Source: Bifidobacteriaceae bacterium
GTDB taxonomy: Bacteria; Bacillota_I; Bacilli_A; Erysipelotrichales; Erysipelotrichaceae
Direction: 5' to 3'
DNA length: 64,000 bases
Assembly (NCBI GenBank): GCA_963661415.1
Contig: CAVLCI010000001.1
Span: 468-64,467 of the forward strand
In this document: positions 59,475-64,000 of the stretch, in pieces
Layout: every line of letters starts with the position of its first letter
Position numbering within the stretch: the first letter of the stretch is position 1
Notes under the pieces: generated by a model
The model's input: only the letters and a program-made list of their open reading frames with translations
What the model was told of the DNA's origin: nothing
The model's database searches: none
Translations under genes and position numbers: made by a program

Positions 59475-59912
59475 CTAATTGTTTTGTTTATTAGCTTCTC
59501 TTTCTGCTTGTTCTTCTACAAGTCTATTTAACATGATTTTTTTAGCTTCATATGCAACGATTGCATCTGGATCGGTTTCACTATTTTTCACATTATAATG
59601 AGCTCCTGTTGTTGGATCCATTTGGTAAATCTCACCATAAATCATTCCACCACCTTTTGTTAAGATTACTTTTTCATGATCTCCAATATTTCGGAACAAG
59701 TATTCTACCAATCCTTCTGGTGTTGAAATATCATAGTCTCCAGCAGTATCAGATACTGTCGAAGAATCAATTGTTTTAGATACAGGTGCAGTATATTTCA
59801 CATTTGATGCATCTACTTGATTACTCTTTTCTATTAAAGTAGTCGTTTTAGATGAAATTCCAACTAATGCTACGATTCCAATAATTGGAATCAAAATTAA
59901 AAATTTCTTCAT
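59475..59912 (-). CDS. Hypothetical exported/membrane-anchored protein
   Basis: MKKFLILIPIIGIVALVGI signal; RBS AAGGGAG. Confidence 0.75.
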   Translation of the reverse strand: MKKFLILIPIIGIVALVGISSKTTTLIEKSNQVDASNVKYTAPVSKTIDSSTVSDTAGDYDISTPEGLVEYLFRNIGDHEKVILTKGGGMIYGEIYQMDPTTGAHYNVKNSETDPDAIVAYEAKKIMLNRLVEEQAEREANKQNN

Positions 59913-59926
59913 TTTCTTATCTCCCT

Positions 59927-59992
59927 TCAAATCATTATTTCATTTAAATCTGAATATGCATTATCACCATTTTTATACCTTGCGATATTCAT
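59927..59992 (-). CDS. Possible 21-aa peptide MNIARYKNGDNAYSDLNEIMI
   Basis: Follows repeat-borne promoter and AAAGAGAG RBS-like site; stop abuts RBS of next gene. Confidence 0.35.
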   Translation of the reverse strand: MNIARYKNGDNAYSDLNEIMI

Positions 59993-60069
59993 ACAATTTT
60001 CTCTCTTTCGTTGTTAACTAAATTCTACCTTGATTATATTGTTTATCAAGACAGTGATTTTTGGTAACC
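59980..60069. repeat. 90-bp direct repeat copy A (promoter module)
   Basis: 79/90 identical to 60659-60748; carries TTGATA-16-TAGAAT on minus strand. Confidence 0.9.
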
Positions 60070-60087
60070 GTTTAAGTTTTATTTTTT

Positions 60088-60519
60088 CTATTCTCCAAAG
60101 TTGTCATTTACACCATGAACAATAATAAAAGTATTTGATTCTTTAAACAAAAAGATTTCATTTTTAAATTCATCAATTAGAATGATCCCTTTTTTACTAT
60201 CTATTGTTGTTTCATAAAGATACATTGTTGTTGCTTCATCTTTCAACATAGCAAGTGTATTGCTGATTTTTTCATATTTTCCAGTTTTTATAAAATTGCT
60301 ATCTTCTAATTGACACGTCATATAAAATCCATAATTAGAACTTTCAGGAGGAAGTGACAAATGATATTCCCTATCTTCACTAACGTAAGTACCTGGAATA
60401 TCCAATAAACATTCTTGTGATACTATCGGAAAATATCTTCCTACAGAAAAACTAACTAGCGCTATCAAAATCACCAACATTACATATAAAACAATTTTTG
60501 TATTCCTTTTCATTTTCAA
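60088..60519 (-). CDS. Hypothetical membrane-anchored/exported protein
   Basis: N-terminal TM (IVLYVMLVILIALVSF), GTY..., GKYEK motifs; start may be ATG 60513. Confidence 0.7.
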   Translation of the reverse strand: MKMKRNTKIVLYVMLVILIALVSFSVGRYFPIVSQECLLDIPGTYVSEDREYHLSLPPESSNYGFYMTCQLEDSNFIKTGKYEKISNTLAMLKDEATTMYLYETTIDSKKGIILIDEFKNEIFLFKESNTFIIVHGVNDNFGE

Positions 60520-60658
60520 GCTGTCCTTACACTAAAATTCTCGAACAAGAAACTGATACCTATCCATAATGCGATATTGTTTTAAATTCTAATGAAAGCT
60601 ACGAAATATTCCTTACAATGCTTTCTTTTCGTCCTTTCATTATTATCGAATCTATATT

Positions 60659-60748
60659 TTGCGATATTTATAAAATAATCTCTCTCGTTTTGTTAACTAA
60701 ATTCTAACTTAATTATATTTTTTATCAAGACAGTGATTTTTGGTAACC
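60659..60748. repeat. 90-bp direct repeat copy B (promoter module)
   Basis: Partner of 59980-60069; final 28 bp identical. Confidence 0.9.
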
Positions 60749-60798
60749 TTACAAACAAAAAAAGGCGTTACGAATTATTTCATAACGACCTATTTCTT

Positions 60799-62697
60799 TT
60801 ATTCTAGTTCAAATGCTCCAGTATATAACTGATAGTATTGACCTTTCTTTTCTAATAATTCTTCATGTGTACCACGTTCAATGATATGACCATGATCTAA
60901 TACAATAATGACATTAGAATTCTTAACAGTTGATAATCTATGTGCAATAACAAATACAGTTCTACCATTCATCAAACGGTCCATACCTTCTTGTACGATT
61001 TGTTCTGTACGTGTATCAATGGAAGAAGTTGCTTCATCCATAATCATAACTGGTGGATCAGCTACAGCTGCTCTAGCAATCGCTAACAACTGACATTGAC
61101 CTTGTGATAAAGATGATCCATCTCCATTCAACATTGTGTTATATCCATCTGGTAAATGTTTAATGAAAGAATCTGCACCTGCAAGTTTAGCAGCCGCAAT
61201 ACATTCTTCATCTGTTGCGTCTAATTTACCATAACGAATATTTTCCATAACAGTTCCTGTGAATAAAACTGTATCTTGAAGAATGATTCCAAGTGACTTT
61301 CTTAAAGATGATTTTTTTATCTTATTGATGTTGATACCATCATATCTGATTTTTCCATCCGCAATGTCATAGAAACGATTAATCAAGTTTGTAATCGTTG
61401 TTTTACCAGCACCAGTTGCACCAACAAAGGCAATCTTTTGACCTGGTTTTCCATATAACGTTACATTATGCAAAACAACTTTATCTGGATTATACGCAAA
61501 ATCTACATCATCAAATTGAATATCGCCTTTTAATGGAACATATGTAATTGTTCCATCTGCTTTATGAGGATGTTTCCAAGCCCATTTACCAGTAGGTGTT
61601 GTGCTTTCTACAATCTCTCCATTCACTTCATTTGCGTAAACAAGTTCAACATAGCCTTCATCTGTTTCTGGTTCTTCATCTAATAATGCGAAGATTCTTG
61701 CTGCACCAGCTAATCCCATGATCGTAGAGTTGATCTGTGGAGAAATTTGTTGAATTGCACCAGAGAACTGACGACACATTCCTAAGAAAGGAACAATTAC
61801 CGCAATCGAAAAAGGCAAACCAGAAAGTGATAAGTTATTTACATGCAATTCCATAAATACACCACCCATCACAGCAACCATAACATACACAATATAGTTA
61901 ATGTTATTTAAGATTGGCATTAATGTATTGGAATATTTATTTGCCGCAAAAGATGCTTCATAAAGTTCATTGTTAACTTTATCAAATTCTTCTTCTGTTA
62001 ATTCTTCATGGTTAAATACTTTGACTACTTTTTGTCCATTGATCATTTCTTCTACGACACCTTCTGTTTTACCAACAGTCTTTTGTTGTGCCATAAAGAA
62101 TTTCGCACTCTTACCACCAATGACTCTAGTAATTGTAATTGTTATCACCGCACCAATCACAATAACAAGTCCCATATAAATACTGTAATACATCATAATA
62201 CATAGAATTGTTACAACAGTAATTAATGAAATTAATAGCTGCGGAAAGGATTGTGAAATCATTTGTCTCATCGCATCAACATCATTTGTATAGTGAGACA
62301 TGATGTCTCCATGTTGATGCGTATCAAAGTAACGAATTGGTAGAGATTCCATGTGTTCAAACAATTCATCTCTTACTTTTTTTAGAAAACCTTGTGTGAA
62401 CAAAGCCATCAATTGATTATAAGTAAATGAAATAACTAACGCTAAGGCATATAAACAACCTAATATCAATACAAAATGCATTACTTGAGGTTTTGTGTCA
62501 GCCCATGAAATATTGTTATTCCATGAGTTTTCTAATACCGCAACGACATTTTGTTGGAAGATAGAAGGTAAAGCACCTAGGATTGCATTTAAGATAATAA
62601 ACACTAGAATGAGAGGTAACATTTTAGGGAAAAATGAAAGCATCATTTTCAATAAACGTTTTAATGTTTTTAATTGATTTTCTGTTTTATTTTTCAT
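60799..62697 (-). CDS. ABC exporter ATP-binding/permease subunit (heterodimeric multidrug type)
   Basis: TMD + GATGAGKTT, LSQGQ, MDEATSSID, IAHRLST. Confidence 0.95.
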   Translation of the reverse strand: MKNKTENQLKTLKRLLKMMLSFFPKMLPLILVFIILNAILGALPSIFQQNVVAVLENSWNNNISWADTKPQVMHFVLILGCLYALALVISFTYNQLMALFTQGFLKKVRDELFEHMESLPIRYFDTHQHGDIMSHYTNDVDAMRQMISQSFPQLLISLITVVTILCIMMYYSIYMGLVIVIGAVITITITRVIGGKSAKFFMAQQKTVGKTEGVVEEMINGQKVVKVFNHEELTEEEFDKVNNELYEASFAANKYSNTLMPILNNINYIVYVMVAVMGGVFMELHVNNLSLSGLPFSIAVIVPFLGMCRQFSGAIQQISPQINSTIMGLAGAARIFALLDEEPETDEGYVELVYANEVNGEIVESTTPTGKWAWKHPHKADGTITYVPLKGDIQFDDVDFAYNPDKVVLHNVTLYGKPGQKIAFVGATGAGKTTITNLINRFYDIADGKIRYDGININKIKKSSLRKSLGIILQDTVLFTGTVMENIRYGKLDATDEECIAAAKLAGADSFIKHLPDGYNTMLNGDGSSLSQGQCQLLAIARAAVADPPVMIMDEATSSIDTRTEQIVQEGMDRLMNGRTVFVIAHRLSTVKNSNVIIVLDHGHIIERGTHEELLEKKGQYYQLYTGAFELE

Positions 62698-64000
62698 GCG
62701 ATTACCTCCTTTTCTTCAATTGTTTCAGTACCTTTTTTATTCTGAGATAAATAAACTTCACGATAGATTTTATTTGTTTGTAATAATTCTTCTGAAGTAC
62801 CAATTTGATCAATATGACCACCATCCATCACAATGATTCTATCTGCATCTTCTACAGAAGAAGTACGTTGAGCGATAATAATCTTCGTTGTTTCTGGAAT
62901 ATATTCTTTCATTGCTTTACGAATCAAAGCATCTGTTTTAGTATCAACAGCACTTGTAGAATCATCCATAATCAAAATCTTTGGTTTCTTTAAAAGAGCT
63001 CTTGCGATACAAAGTCTTTGTTTTTGACCACCAGATACATTTGTACCACCTTGTTCGATCCAAGTATCGTATCCTTTTGGAAATTGATCAATGAATTCAT
63101 CGGCACATGCTAAATGACATACATGTTTTACTTCTTCCATTGTGGCATCTTTGTCACCCCAACGAATATTATCTGCAATTGTACCTGAGAAAAGAACATT
63201 CTTTTGTAGTACCATCGCTACAGAATCTCTTAGTGCTACTAAATCGTAATCTTTTACATTTTTTCCACCAACGCGAACTTCCCCTTCGCTCACATCGTAA
63301 AGTCTTGGAATTAGTTGTACAAGAGAAGACTTAGAGGAACCTGTTCCTCCGATAATACCAATTGTTTCACCACTTTTAATATGTAAGTCAATATTTTCTA
63401 ATACTGGTGTTTCAGCATCTTCTGAATATTTAAAATTAACGTTATTAAAATCAATGGATCCATCTTGAATCGTAGAAATTGCATTTTCATTAGAAGTAAT
63501 TGTACTTTTTTCTTTCAATACTTCCGCAATTCTTTCTGCGCTTTCTTCTGAGAATGTAATCATAACGAAGATCATAGAAAGCATCATCAAAGAAACTAAG
63601 ATCTGGAATGAATATGTTAATAAAGTAGAGAATTGTCCAATATCCAATGTTTGTTGATTAATGATATGTTCTGAACCTACAGATAATACAAATAACATAA
63701 CACCATAAACACATACCTGCATGATAGGATTATTTAAAGCTAAAATTCTTTCTGCTTTAGTAAAGATCTTTCTAATATCTTCTGAAGCATTTTGGAATTT
63801 TGTATTTTCATGTTCTTCACGTACATATGATTTTACAACACGAATACCTTTGACATTTTCTTCTACAGATTCATTTAAAGCGTCATATTTAGGGAACCCT
63901 TTACGGAAAACTGGCATTGTAATCTTCGCAATCGCAAATAACGCAATGCCTAAAAAAGGAATTACAATCAAGAAAACAAGTGCCATGCTTCCACCCATGT
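62694..64000 (-). CDS. ABC exporter ATP-binding/permease subunit, degenerate-site partner (5' truncated by window edge)
   Basis: GGTGSSKSS, VSGGQKQR, MDDSTSAVD, IAQR; overlaps partner start. Confidence 0.93.
   Translation of the reverse strand, partial: MGGSMALVFLIVIPFLGIALFAIAKITMPVFRKGFPKYDALNESVEENVKGIRVVKSYVREEHENTKFQNASEDIRKIFTKAERILALNNPIMQVCVYGVMLFVLSVGSEHIINQQTLDIGQFSTLLTYSFQILVSLMMLSMIFVMITFSEESAERIAEVLKEKSTITSNENAISTIQDGSIDFNNVNFKYSEDAETPVLENIDLHIKSGETIGIIGGTGSSKSSLVQLIPRLYDVSEGEVRVGGKNVKDYDLVALRDSVAMVLQKNVLFSGTIADNIRWGDKDATMEEVKHVCHLACADEFIDQFPKGYDTWIEQGGTNVSGGQKQRLCIARALLKKPKILIMDDSTSAVDTKTDALIRKAMKEYIPETTKIIIAQRTSSVEDADRIIVMDGGHIDQIGTSEELLQTNKIYREVYLSQNKKGTETIEEKEVIA

Noticed and set aside
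59980..60748. Direct repeats considered as a CRISPR array or integron attC sites
   Set aside because: Only two 90-bp copies 679 bp apart, no cas or integrase gene in the window, no attC-like hairpin; promoter interpretation fits better
83..63334. Numerous 60-200 aa ORFs antisense to or nested in housekeeping genes
   Set aside because: Overlap well-supported genes, lack RBS and motifs; codon-bias shadows

Overview
AT-rich chromosomal window from a low-GC Bacillota anaerobe. Gene content and the short RNA polymerase delta subunit suggest Erysipelotrichaceae (inference). It is mostly housekeeping and transport: azlCD, three MATE pumps, gdhA, tsaC/sua5, argS, livKHMGF, murA, fba, rpoE, ispF, cca, darA, ychF, folD, dtd, a Zn/Cd P1B-ATPase and an ABC exporter pair. 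I saw no rRNA, tRNA, CRISPR array or intact transposase. The most striking element is a two-gene operon (8447->4970). Its first gene fuses a MarR DNA-binding domain to an intact radical-SAM NrdG activase. Its second is a full-length class III ribonucleotide reductase homologue that keeps the ATP-cone and glycyl-radical loop but has lost its catalytic cysteines (GYC->GYS, SMCCR finger loop replaced) and the CxxC of its fused glutaredoxin-like domain. It is a candidate pseudo-enzyme or sensor system. Other signals: about ten apparently leaderless genes; two unassigned attenuator-like leaders; tandem PTS IIC genes identical over 938 bp starting exactly at the ATG; a duplicated 90-bp promoter module beside an XRE-TPR regulator; and several unannotated small ORFs.
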